Assembly (NCBI GenBank): GCA_011109175.1
Contig: RDEW01000008.1
Location: 470,369-534,368, forward strand
DNA: 64,000 nucleotides
Source of the DNA: Dicyema japonicum
Lineage: Eukaryota; Animalia; Dicyemida
Direction of reading: 5' to 3'
Every line of letters starts with the position of its first letter. Position 1 is the stretch's first letter. The position numbers and the translations under genes are program-made. The notes beneath the pieces were generated by a model. It was not told the DNA's origin. It worked only from the letters and a program-made list of their open reading frames with translations, and did not search any database. Positions 37,776 to 47,959 of this stretch are shown here, in pieces.

Positions 37776-38899
37776 AGTTAAGAATGATGTCTTGGATTAT
37801 CACAACATTTCTTTATTTTTTAAATAAATTGTCGGTTCTCCCTATTATGAGGTTAAGGAAACATTTACTCCTCGAAGGAATGGGTGATAATAGTCTGATT
37901 AGTTATTGGAGTGTAAAAATTCGTGGTTTACAGCACAATTAAGAATATTTTTCAATTCTTATATTTGAGCTAAGCAGGTATCCTTCTTATTCATTCACCA
38001 AACCAACTTTAGGTCATGAAATAGTAACAAAGAAAAGACGGAAGATAGAAAGAAATGACCACTACATAACAGTTTTGTAACCCCATCAAAACTAAAAAAG
38101 ATAAAATGGTCCTTTTTCCGTTATCTTGGATTTGGAAGTGAGACATATAACGCCACGGTAACTAATGCTAAGAAAATAAAAAGGATGATCAGGCAGCGAT
38201 CAAACTTCTGACAACATTTTCCAATAAGTTCTTCCAGTATTCTTGGTTGCAGACCATACTTTTAAGCTTATCGATGTCGTCTCCTGTTTTTTTGTTAATT
38301 TTTCAAATTTTAGAGAATTGGGAAGGACAGTTGACTTTTGTGTATGTAGAACCTAGCCATGTAATTCTGATGCAAGTAAGATGATTCAGGAACTGATATA
38401 TATCCCATCTAGTCCACTCTTGACTCTTATTTCTGATAGTATAATAACTCTAGGTATCTAGGTTCTGTGTAAGGTTTATTATTTGGAAATATTAGTAAAG
38501 CACAGGCATTATCACGTTAAATCAGTGTAATATACAAGTGCAATAGAGTTGCGTCACTAACTCAACCAAATTGTTATAGTAGACCACTTAAAGTTTATCA
38601 ATATTTTTATAATCAGTCAAGTTAACTCACTTTATTTAATAAATCTGTTTTTATTAATAATTTTATTAATTTATCGTTAAGTTTAGTGAAATTAGAGTGA
38701 AGGGAAACTCTATAATATGGTTAACAGAGATACAAGGGAGATTACGCGTGAAATTGATAATAAATTCTCAGCAAGAAAAATTATAATTTAACGGATGAAT
38801 AAACAATTAGGAAATTCTCAAAAATTAAAATTTTTACCTTTAATTTAAATTTTTTGTATGTTAATTAAGTGATGAAAAAAAGTGAGCAAATGGTCATAT

Positions 38900-38990
38900 A
38901 GCGACTGCCCTGACTGCGTGGCTATTCCCTCTCAGGATGGCGAGCGAGATTCGCTCAAATAACCAGCAGCGCTCACGAGGAACTCCTGAT
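38900..38990 (-). mobile_element. CRE-clade 3' stub (second subfamily)
   Basis: Minus strand reads ERCWLFERISLAILRGNSHAVRAVAI*, the CRE C-terminal AI.RGN motif. Confidence 0.75.
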
Positions 38991-39079
38991 GGTTTATTTA
39001 AATTATTATTATTATTTTTTAAAAAATATTTTTAATAAAAATTTTCAAATAATTATACTAAAAATAATAGGATTTAAAA

Positions 39080-40326
39080 ATGAATAAGAGATTCCGCATT
39101 GTCTTTTTCTACTTGAAGAAATTGTTAATCCTGAAAATAATAATATTGATAATATTGCTTTCCTTATATACCTTTTCAAAAAACAAGCGATTCACCTATG
39201 AACTCTTGGACTGCAACAAACTCATCAGAGGTTCCAAAAAAGAAATATTAAAAAGGAGATTTGAAATCAACCATCACTATAGTGGGGATATTGAAGTAGA
39301 TTCATGCAGTTATGTTAAATCACGTGGCTATTTTGATTATCCAATTTCAAATATTGAAATGGAAAATAGATTGGCTTATATTATTGTGATTTACAAAAAT
39401 TCAAAACAATTTGAACGACTTTTCCACGCAATTTACAGAAAAAATAACGTTTACTGTATCCACGTGGACAAGAAGTCGACCTTAAACTTTTGGAATTCCA
39501 TAAAGAACCTCACCAAATGCTTCGACAATGTTATTATCATCAGGAAGTACAAAGTAGAATGGGGAAGGATCACCACGTTGTTGCCGGAAATAGAGTGCAT
39601 GGAAAAGCTCCTGAAGGAATTCGAGGGTGACTGGAAGTACGCCATAAATCTGACGGGAGAGGAGTTCCCCTAAAATCTAACTACGAGTTAGCACAGATCA
39701 TGAAGAGGCTAAATGGATCAAATTGGATACAAGTGGAGTCATTACATCCGTATTACAAATTTAACTATTACAGGAGGAGTCGTCTTTCTCCCCAAAAATA
39801 TGAGAAAATTCCTTTTGGACTGACTCTCTATAAGGGACCCGTCCATGCTATCATGTCACGTGGGTTTGTAGAATTTGTCATCTATAACGAATCTGCTCAA
39901 ATTCTTTTAGATTTTTTGGAAGAAACCTGGATCCCCGATGAGACATTTTATCCATCGTTGAATTTTAACAGTCACATCTTGGGAGTCCCCGGGGCATACA
40001 AAGGTATTGAGTCTTTTAATACAGGAAATCCTCTAACTTCTGATTTGAACGTAGCCTTGAAGGACAGGGGGAATAGATACAAAATGTGGAAGCCGGATAT
40101 TTGCTATGGCTTCTATTCAAGGGATATTTGCATTTTCGGATCGGGGGACATTAGTCTGATGACAAAAAGTTCTGCCCTTTTTGCGAATAAGTTCCATGCA
40201 TACTACGAACCCATGGCCCTCGATTGTCTTGATTTATGGATTAACAAAAAATCCACATCCTATCATTTTGATGACAGTGACTTTGACTTTTACTCTAAAT
40301 TGGACTTTACAAGACATCACGTCTGA
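39080..40326 (+). CDS. GCNT: Core-2/I-branching beta-1,6-N-acetylglucosaminyltransferase (GT14), intronless, one 1-nt frameshift as assembled
   Basis: Type II TM anchor, LAYIIVIYK..QFERLFHAIYRKNNVYCIHVDKKS, VEWG, WKYAINLTGEEFP, IPDETFY, ICIFGSGD and LFANKF. One extra C in cccc (39667-39670) joins the two ORFs as FPLKSNYELAQIMKRLNG. Confidence 0.92.
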
Positions 40327-40639
40327 AATTTGCTAATAAAAATTAGTTTTATTTTAAAATTACATTTTCACATTTTTTTAAATTGTCAAAATTTGGTGAC
40401 TAATCCAATCAATAACCACACAATCACAAACTTAATCTAGTGAGAGTTTAACAAACAGCTTTCCCATAATTTTCATTTAGAAAGCTCTCACTCAATCCTG
40501 TACTCCATTTATTCACATCTGTGTTCTTTAACAATAATTTGACTAAATTTGATGATATATTTTTCATATCTGCTGAATGGCTTAGAGAGCGTTCTCGATA
40601 GTTACTAAATTCAAATCAACAAATTAATAATTAACACAT

Positions 40640-40725
40640 CCATCCAAAGTGGACCCCGCCGACATTATCGACGTTGCGTTGCCTCTCACGATCGCAACAG
40701 AGATCAACTGGAGAAGCCAAAGACC
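40640..40725 (-). mobile_element. CRE-clade 3' stub
   Basis: Near-identical to 62485-62570 (WLLQLISVAIVRGNATSIMSAGSTLD). Confidence 0.8.
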
Positions 40726-41179
40726 AAAGGTAACCAAACTAACTAACTCCTTGATCCTGACTCTCCAGGTAACGAAATTGTCCCTCGATAGTTATTGTGA
40801 GAGGGAACAGTCTGGCCATTCAAACTCATTAAGTGAACATTAATTTCGCTGCTTTGTTATTATTTTGATTAAAAATATGTGGAGTGTTTGTTACATTATC
40901 ATGAGAACTTAAAATTTTCAATTGTGGTTTAATGACCTTAAGCTGCCACTAAAAAGTAAAAACCTTGTCAAAAAGAGCTCTTAATGAATGTGGTTTATTC
41001 ATAGCAAATAACAAAATTTCATTTAATCTAAAGCCGATTAAACTTGTAATTTGTGAAAAGGAGTAGGTAATGTTTAATAACTTAACCTCACCTTATCTCC
41101 ACTTTATTTTAAGAAGTAAGAACAATAATTTTAGTTAATTCAAGGCACATCAAAGACATTGAAAGTGTTCTTGACTTAT

Positions 41180-41320
41180 CGTTCTTTTTGTTTGTGTGTG
41201 AGTTCCAAAAGAACACTGATAACGGCGTCACTCGTCAACCCCAAAGCATCGTAGATACGTGGAATCTTCAACCCAATGAACAGCGGCGAGATTTGAATCG
41301 GAACCTCACGATTTGGTCAA
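41180..41320 (-). mobile_element. tRNA-derived SINE copy (5'-eroded)
   Basis: Shared core ggcgtcactcgtcaa..gcatcgtagat..aacagcggcgagatt. Confidence 0.7.
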
Positions 41321-41344
41321 GAACTATTCAGAAGGGCTATACAG

Positions 41345-41400
41345 CGGGCTGCGTGGCTATTCCTTCTCATGATTGAGAGCGAGATTCACTCAATATTTAG
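41345..41400 (-). mobile_element. Short CRE-clade 3' stub
   Basis: gctgcgtggctattcc..gagcgagattcactcaa aligns with 38915-38960. Confidence 0.55.
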
Positions 41401-41559
41401 ATAATTTAATTCTTATCCAAAAAAGAAAATTAATCAAACTTATTCACACATGCTTATTTAGGTCTATTATTTGGGATTATGAAAATTAATTCGATTTTTT
41501 TACTATTAACAAATTTATTAAGCAAAGAAATAGTTAGGGAAGTTAATTTTGCTCCTTTT

Positions 41560-42330
41560 TACCTCCTTGTGGCAGCGTTTTCGGGACGCCTCTTTCCCTT
41601 TGCCATGTCCTGTCATTAACGGAGGATCTTTTTAATTACATCCTCTGGATCCTCGAAATCCGTATTTCCTCTTTCCCGCAATGGTGCTCTATAAGACATT
41701 CTCAAAGCCGGACCTTCCTCAGATTAACGAGGCATTTTCGTGTGTGATACCAGGAGTGCGCACCATAGGTGAGCATAGGCAATACCATGGCGTTGAACAT
41801 TTTGACCCAGGCATCACGGCTCAGTTGAAAATCCTTCATAATAATAATAATAAAGCCTTTTCACGAGAGCCATAGTATTTATAGCTCCGCATAGGCAGGA
41901 CACACGCTTTATTTAAGTAAAGAACAGTTAATTTTAACTAATCGTAGAACCAAGGAATGATCTTCACTTCTTTTTTTTTTTTCTTGTGTGAGTGTCCTTT
42001 CCAGACAATCCAGTTCCGCAGTGAGAATTCACTGATGACGGCGTCACTCGTCAAACCCTTTCTGCATCGTAGATGCGTAGAACCTTCCACCAGGTGAACA
42101 GCAGCGAGATTCGAACCCGTAGCCTAAGCCACTTAAGCCCGACACCTAACCACTAAGCCACCTGAAAATCCTTCATCACATTCTATATTCACACAGCCCA
42201 CATATTAACGAGGGCAGTGTGCTTCTGGAAAAAACTACACTTGGAGTTGAAAGTCACTCCAAGGTGCCTCATCCGCCCGGTAACCTTTAAAGGAACCCCA
42301 TAGATGGTCACACTAAACAGCCACTCAATT
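41560..42330 (-). mobile_element. RTE-clade 3' remnant interrupted by a SINE
   Basis: Removing 41840-42162 and one TSD joins ..NVMKDFQLSRDAWVKMFNAMVLPMLTYGAHSWY. Confidence 0.65.
41840..42162 (-). mobile_element. Full-length tRNA-derived SINE (323 bp) with 14-bp TSD
   Basis: Starts GGTGGCTTAGTGG (A box) and contains GGTTCGAATC (B box), a body, an internal A-run, a ~130-nt tail segment and (TTA)n. TSD TGAAAATCCTTCAT at 41826-41839 and 42163-42176. Confidence 0.9.
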
Positions 42331-42419
42331 ATTTCAGCTGGTTTATTTTGATTGCTACGTAATAAATTATTTGTCCTTTAAAAAATGCCATAATGTTTCA
42401 TTTTACAAGGAATAGCGTG

Positions 42420-43500
42420 GATTATGATGCAGTTCTTTTGCGAGAAGACCGAAGAGCATCCATCTCAAATCAGTGATCTCGAGACTCAAAGGACAAGTGG
42501 AAAAATAATTATATAAAGTTTTCTTATTTTTTCCTTGGCCAATTCAATCCGAGCATTTCCTCAGCTGCCTTCAATGAACGGAGTCAATCTTCTGTTCTTC
42601 AGCCTTGGACATCGCCCACGTTGATGTATTATATAATAGGACTAGTTTAACAAGGGCATTGTATAGCCTTAGCCGGAATGATGTACTTGATCTTCTTCCG
42701 TCAATCCAGTTCTTTTTAACTTTGATCAGAGGAGCTGTAACGAGGGTCTTTCATCTAACGACGTCCTCACTGTCTTTAAGTAAGGAGACAAGCTCATTGG
42801 TCTTCCCCCATTATTCATCCGATCCTCGATAAGTCTATTCCAAGGATTGTAGTTGTGTTTTGGTATCTTTGGGTTACAATGTGGCTCCATACTATATTCT
42901 TCGTCGATCTCCCACTCCTGAATCCACTATGACCATGATTAGTCGGGTACTCTCTTTATCCAATGTGTTTTCTAGTAATCTCAGTTCTTTTTGTTCTTTT
43001 ATAAGTTTTTTTTACATCGGGGAAAGTTTTGTCTTTGTGTAGTGCTGGACTCTGTGACATCTCATCAGCCACAGAGAAGATTCCATCTTTAATGGCAGTC
43101 CAAATCCCTTCAAGAAGGATCAATTTTGTCGATAATCTTCTTAATGGATATATCCCTTCATCTGTGCGGATGTGCATAGTTGTTCAGTCTTATATTTTCT
43201 GTCTTTTCACGGACTTTCCCTGTGGCGGTGTCTTCATAAGAAAGCGAGCGGAAACTATCTTATGGTTACTGTTAGTCCCCCTCCATTGACCTCAAAGACA
43301 ACAAGAGCCTTTTTTCTTCTGAGCAGCATTAGATGTAGTCTATTGGACTAAAAATGTTGACTATTTTCCCCGTGGAACAAATTCTTCTTCCATCCACGTA
43401 GTTTTATGACGAGTGGGATGTTGAAAGCAAGTGTTGTATAAAAGGAGACCAAATGCTTGGCAGAAGTTGGCCAGTGTTGACTCAGGGAAGTTTCTTATTC
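42420..43500 (-). mobile_element. Decayed RTE-like LINE
   Basis: FQHPTRHKTTW and IDYI (APE end). The C-terminal region is also seen at 61910-62200. Confidence 0.65.
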
Positions 43501-43559
43501 CTCTTCAGTGTCGACCGATAAAAGCATCATCTTATTTTCGGACTCCTACCTTCGCATTC

Positions 43560-44235
43560 AATCTCCGTTCAATCACACCTAAACCGGGTATGTGATTGGA
43601 AATATGTTATGTGTGTCAGCATCTAAATCCCAGTTCACCACTTTCACTACTGATAGAAGATTTAAGAATGGACTCGAACTGTTTTTTGGAGATACTTCTA
43701 TCCCTTCTACGCAGATCCAAAAGATCCTTGGGGTAGTTTTCGACTCTCTGATGACGTTCTCGAGTCACGTGGAAGAGGTGCTTGCCAAGGGTCTTTGGAA
43801 ATGAAACATTTTAAAAACGATCATAAAGAAGAGCCCTTTCTCATCTGCTGTTTGTGTCAGCAAGGTCTACCAACAAGTCATTGTGCCTATATGCCTGCTC
43901 CGCCTGAAAATTCGCTATTCCCTCTTCAAGAATTGATTGTTTGAACTCTCAGGCGGAAAATTATGCACCATACTGACATCTCTATTGGCGGCCTCGTTTC
44001 TGATGAGGCGACGTTGAAGAATGGCCAGGATTTCCTACGTTTTTGCAAGGAACTGGGAAACCCATTCAAGAAAAAGGTGGCCAATAGAGAGGAATTTCGG
44101 CCGATTATAAAAAAGTGCACGTCGATTGAATTCCTATGCAGAAGGAAGAGAAGCTTTCGGAATGCGGTTGGGTCATCAAAAAACCAGACTAAGAGAGTTC
44201 GGATGTTGTTGGAGGCTGGGATCACCTAATTAGGT
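43560..44235 (+). mobile_element. L2-type LINE 3' fragment
   Basis: IQKILGVVFDSLMTFSSHVEE, ends LLEAGIT* (GGGATCACCTAATTAG). Confidence 0.75.
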
Positions 44236-44299
44236 AGTTTTGACTTATTTTTCTTGGTGGTCTTGGAGTTAAATCAATTAATAAATGAAAATCATCCTA

Positions 44300-44620
44300 T
44301 GTGAAGATTAAAGTTACGTCATTGTCCTCCCCAATTCCTCATAGAACTAATCAAGTTCTTCTGGATTCCTCATAACACAGCACTGTGTGAAGCATATATA
44401 TTTATGATTGTAGTAAGTCTCCTTGAATCTTTACTAGGATCCATTCTTAATTGCAATACACAGATTCTGTCGTTAACTTTCCAGTATCTGTACAAACATG
44501 GTACAAGGTTCTTAAGTATTGCAAATCCTTGACCATGGTGTTTTGAATCCGAAGGAAGCAACATTAACACACGTACAATCCCTCTACCATTTTAGTTTCC
44601 TGCAGGCAGCATACAGGTGC
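44300..44620 (-). mobile_element. RTE-like APE remnant
   Basis: HHGQGFA..YWKVNDRICVLQL..IINIYA. Confidence 0.7.
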
Positions 44621-44939
44621 GCGATATTTTTGAATGTCCGAACACAAAGTGCGCCTCTTCGTCAAATCTTTAAGTCTTCTGATTTTGAAATTAAGAAGGA
44701 TTAGTTCATTTTGAAGTCTCAAACGCTTTTTAGACATTTTTGCAATTGGGGTACGTCACCACCTCAGCCAAAAATGATCAATTGAGGTATATTAAAATTC
44801 ACCAAACTATCAAAACGGAAAATAAGTTAAGTTTTGAGTGAATATGCCACGTGTTCCTATAACAATTTTACTAAATTACCATTAGCATCAGATTTGGCAT
44901 AAATCACAAGACTTTACCGACAAACCAATGCATTGTGGA

Positions 44940-45790
44940 ATACGTCTTAGCCTCGTCAAGATGCGAAAAAATCGACACATTATATTAAAAGAACCTATGC
45001 ATACTGTGCTCCCAAACAGGAATACCCGTCGAACCCTAACTTACGGACCTTCGACTCGCAACTAGTTTTCTCCTTGTCCGCTTCGTCATAGTGTATCTGT
45101 GAGGAAGAAAATCGATCAGCTCAGAAATTCTTAGAAATTCAGGGTGATGCTAAGGGGACATTATGTGAAACACAGTAATTAAACACTTAACTAACTTGTC
45201 AATATTTAGCTAACTGGCAGAGCTACTTTCGATCTTCCAGTAAGTTTCCCCATTTCACTTTTATGGAAGGAGTTCAACCTTTATGCATTATCTTTTGTGT
45301 TCACCCAAACCTCAGTGCTATATACAATATGGCTTCACAATGGGTTCAACAGTGATGCTTTTGGATTTTAATTCATTGTTGCATAATTAACATTTTCTTC
45401 AAATAGTCTTCCTTGTCTCATAAGGAAGATTTGAGTTTTTTATCGCGTCTCTACTTTTCTTTGAGTGTGTTGCCCATTTTTACTTTCTGTTAACCTCATT
45501 TAGTCTATTAATTCTAAATAATTTTCTAATATAAGTTTTACTTCAGGGTCGGCATAAACCCGGGAGCGATCGGAGCATAGACATTGATGATAGAGATGAC
45601 ATAATTAGTTTCGTTCGGAACTTGAGTTGTATGACTGCAATACGATGTGGGAAAGCAAATACAAGCGTCATAAGGTCATAAAAATATTTGACAGCAAAAA
45701 CTGACCCCATGGATTGATGAATCACGTCCAAGTATATGATTTTGGTAATGAACTTCAAACCTCGAGTGTTGAAAGTACCGAGGGAGAAGA
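44940..45790 (-). mobile_element. Internally deleted RTE-like LINE remnant
   Basis: RIAVIQL and IINVYAP at the 5' side. Decayed RT C-terminal segment (..EVWVNTK..LNSFH) at the 3' side. Confidence 0.55.
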
Positions 45791-45947
45791 CATATTTTTA
45801 TTTATTTAATAGAAGACATATTTTCAAAGTTATCATCACCGTAAGATAAATGTATTATTAAAAATAATTAATTTTAATAAAATAAATAAATTTAATAATT
45901 TTTTGAATTCATTTAAACGTAAAGGCGCCTACTAGGTTATTCTTTAA

Positions 45948-46917
45948 ATGTGTGACGGTCCTCAAGATTTACAAAAGTATTATAAAATTCAATTGTAGGG
46001 AAATTGCTTTCAACTCATTTTCAATTGGAAGACCTCTTGGTACTGGTCGATTTGGCCACGTGTATCTAGCAAAGGAAAAGAAGTATAATTTCATCTGCGC
46101 ACTCAAAGTTAGCTTTAATTCACGATTCCAGATCATCTTCAAATCACAAATCATTACCAATGACCTCGTCCTCCAATTCCGCAGAGAAATCGAAAATCAG
46201 CTTCACCTTAAGTGAGTTCCTTTCTAACCCAAGACACCCCAACATTCTCCGTCTCTACCAGTTTTTTGACGACAGCGACAAAATTTTCATGGTTCTTGAA
46301 TATGCCATCCACGGTGAACTGTACACCATCCTGCTAAAAAAGAAGAGACTCAGTCACCACGAAAGCACTAGGATAATATGCCAGGTTATTTCTGCTCTGC
46401 GGTACTGTCATGCAAGGGGGGTAATTCATCGAGACTTAAAACCGGAAAATATTTTGATGGGAAACAACTACAGCGTGAAGATAGCCGACTTTGGCTGGTC
46501 TGTGCACTCCCCCCAGACCGTGTATGAAGGATTCATTACTTTATAGGAGGAGTACTCGCTGTGGTACCCCTGATTACATGGCTCCGGAGATTGTGATTGG
46601 CCAACCGTATGACAAAATGGTCGATGTCTGGAGTGTGGGAGTTCTCACATATGAGGTGCTGTCAGGATCGGCTCCCTTCTCTGGTAAGGACAACCGGGAG
46701 ACCTTTCATAATATTTCTTGTGTCAAATTTGGTTATTCTGACTATTATTTTACCTCTAATTCTAAGGACTTTATATCAAAGGTAGGGATTGTGGGGAATT
46801 TAGATATTGATGAACCCTCCAAGGTCTAGGATGAACTTCGATGCGATGTTTGAACATCCTTGGCTGGTTAATAATGGTGGGGATTACATTCAGGCGGCTA
46901 TTGCTAACTCATCGTGA
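45948..46917 (+). CDS. AURK: Aurora kinase, intact, about 284 aa
   Basis: ATG at 45948. Introns of 22, 24, 22, 25 and 22 nt give an open 855-nt CDS. Motifs IGRPLGTGRFGHVYLA, QFRREIE, HPNILRLY, HRDLKPEN, IADFGWSVH, STRCGTPDYMAPE and EHPW. TGA at 46915-46917. Confidence 0.95.
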
Positions 46918-47704
46918 TTAATTTAAATTATGTTTGTTACTTATTTTTGTGTTAGGGATATGGTTTTTAATTTTGAATTATTCTTGGTTGAGTTCATGCG
47001 GTCGGGGTACTCCTTTACTAATAATATCTACTGAGTATTCCAGGTTAGTAGTAGTTCGCTTATTGGTGAGAAGGATGAGTTGATGATTTTGTTAGTCTAC
47101 ATCTGTGTCTGATGTAACCTTCTTACTTCTTCACATAGACGATATGGTAGAGTTGAGCACTCTTCCTTCTATTGATCATCAGTGTTTAGGTTTGAGTTTT
47201 TGATTATTTTAATGATATTGGTATTTTAATATTTCATTGGTAAGCTAACGCTTATTCGCTAATTAGTTGAAGATTAAGTTAGTGAGGGAGTTCTCTTCAA
47301 CCCCTATGGGGATCCCACCAATTCTGTTTTGCACTTCTTCAGAGTGTCCTTTAAATCAATGTAGTCTCTTACAATATAGCTTGATATAGTAAAACATTGA
47401 GAATTTGCTATTTTTGAGACAGTAAAAAAAGGAGTAGAATATATTTTTAAATCTGTTAATAACCCTTTAATTTCAGCTATTTATTATTTCAAAATTTTGT
47501 AAAAACGATCTTTATGATATCAAATAATTTTAAGGTCCACGAGGGATCAGTCCCTGCCTTGAAGAGGTCGAAAATAAATGATTTAAAATGAAGCGTAAAT
47601 AACATTTTGGGGATATTAGCTCATGACTGGTCAACGAATTAGAGGAGTACGAAAATCCACTTTTAAAAAATGAATTTGTTAAAATAAGGAAACAATCTGA
47701 GCGT

Positions 47705-47880
47705 CATAAAGTAGCCGACATGACTGCCTGCCTATTCCTCTCAAGATGGCGAGCGAGATTCGCTCAAATATCTAGCGGCGCTCACGGACATCTTCTATAC
47801 GTATAGAAATCCGGTTCCCTAGACGGAATTCCAGCGTCGAAGGCGCAATGGAACCAGAATTTCCTACTGCTAGAACAAGC
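47705..47880 (-). mobile_element. CRE-clade 3' stub
   Basis: VLAVGNSG followed by (R)YLSESRSP/FERISLAILRG-type sequence, aligning with 38900-38990. Confidence 0.65.
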
Positions 47881-47959
47881 ATGTCATCAAATGCGTTTAA
47901 TAAGTCATCCAAATTTATAATTCTTTAATCTTACTTTGATGTTAATTGGATTACTAATA

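Noticed and set aside
38900-38990. GC-rich ~90-bp repeat with a perfect GAGCGA-GAT-TCGCTC hairpin, in four copies (38900, 41345, 47705, 51980). It first looked like a novel structured RNA, HDV-like ribozyme or 5S-derived SINE.
   Set aside because: The opposite strand translates to ERCWLFERISLAILRGNSHAV*, the CRE C-terminus, and two copies are preceded by the VAVET-like RLE motif. HDV P3 pairing and the hammerhead core are absent.
39661-39690. CCC-TAA at the GCNT break as a programmed ribosomal frameshift site.
   Set aside because: The required shift is -1 (or +2) rather than the +1 typical of such sites, no stimulatory structure is evident, and a homopolymer error explains it more simply.
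46980-47400. Possible small multi-exon gene on the minus strand convergent with Aurora (SYIVRDYIDLKDTLKKCKTEL).
   Set aside because: No splice path through short GT-AG introns gave a continuous open frame, and no family was recognised.
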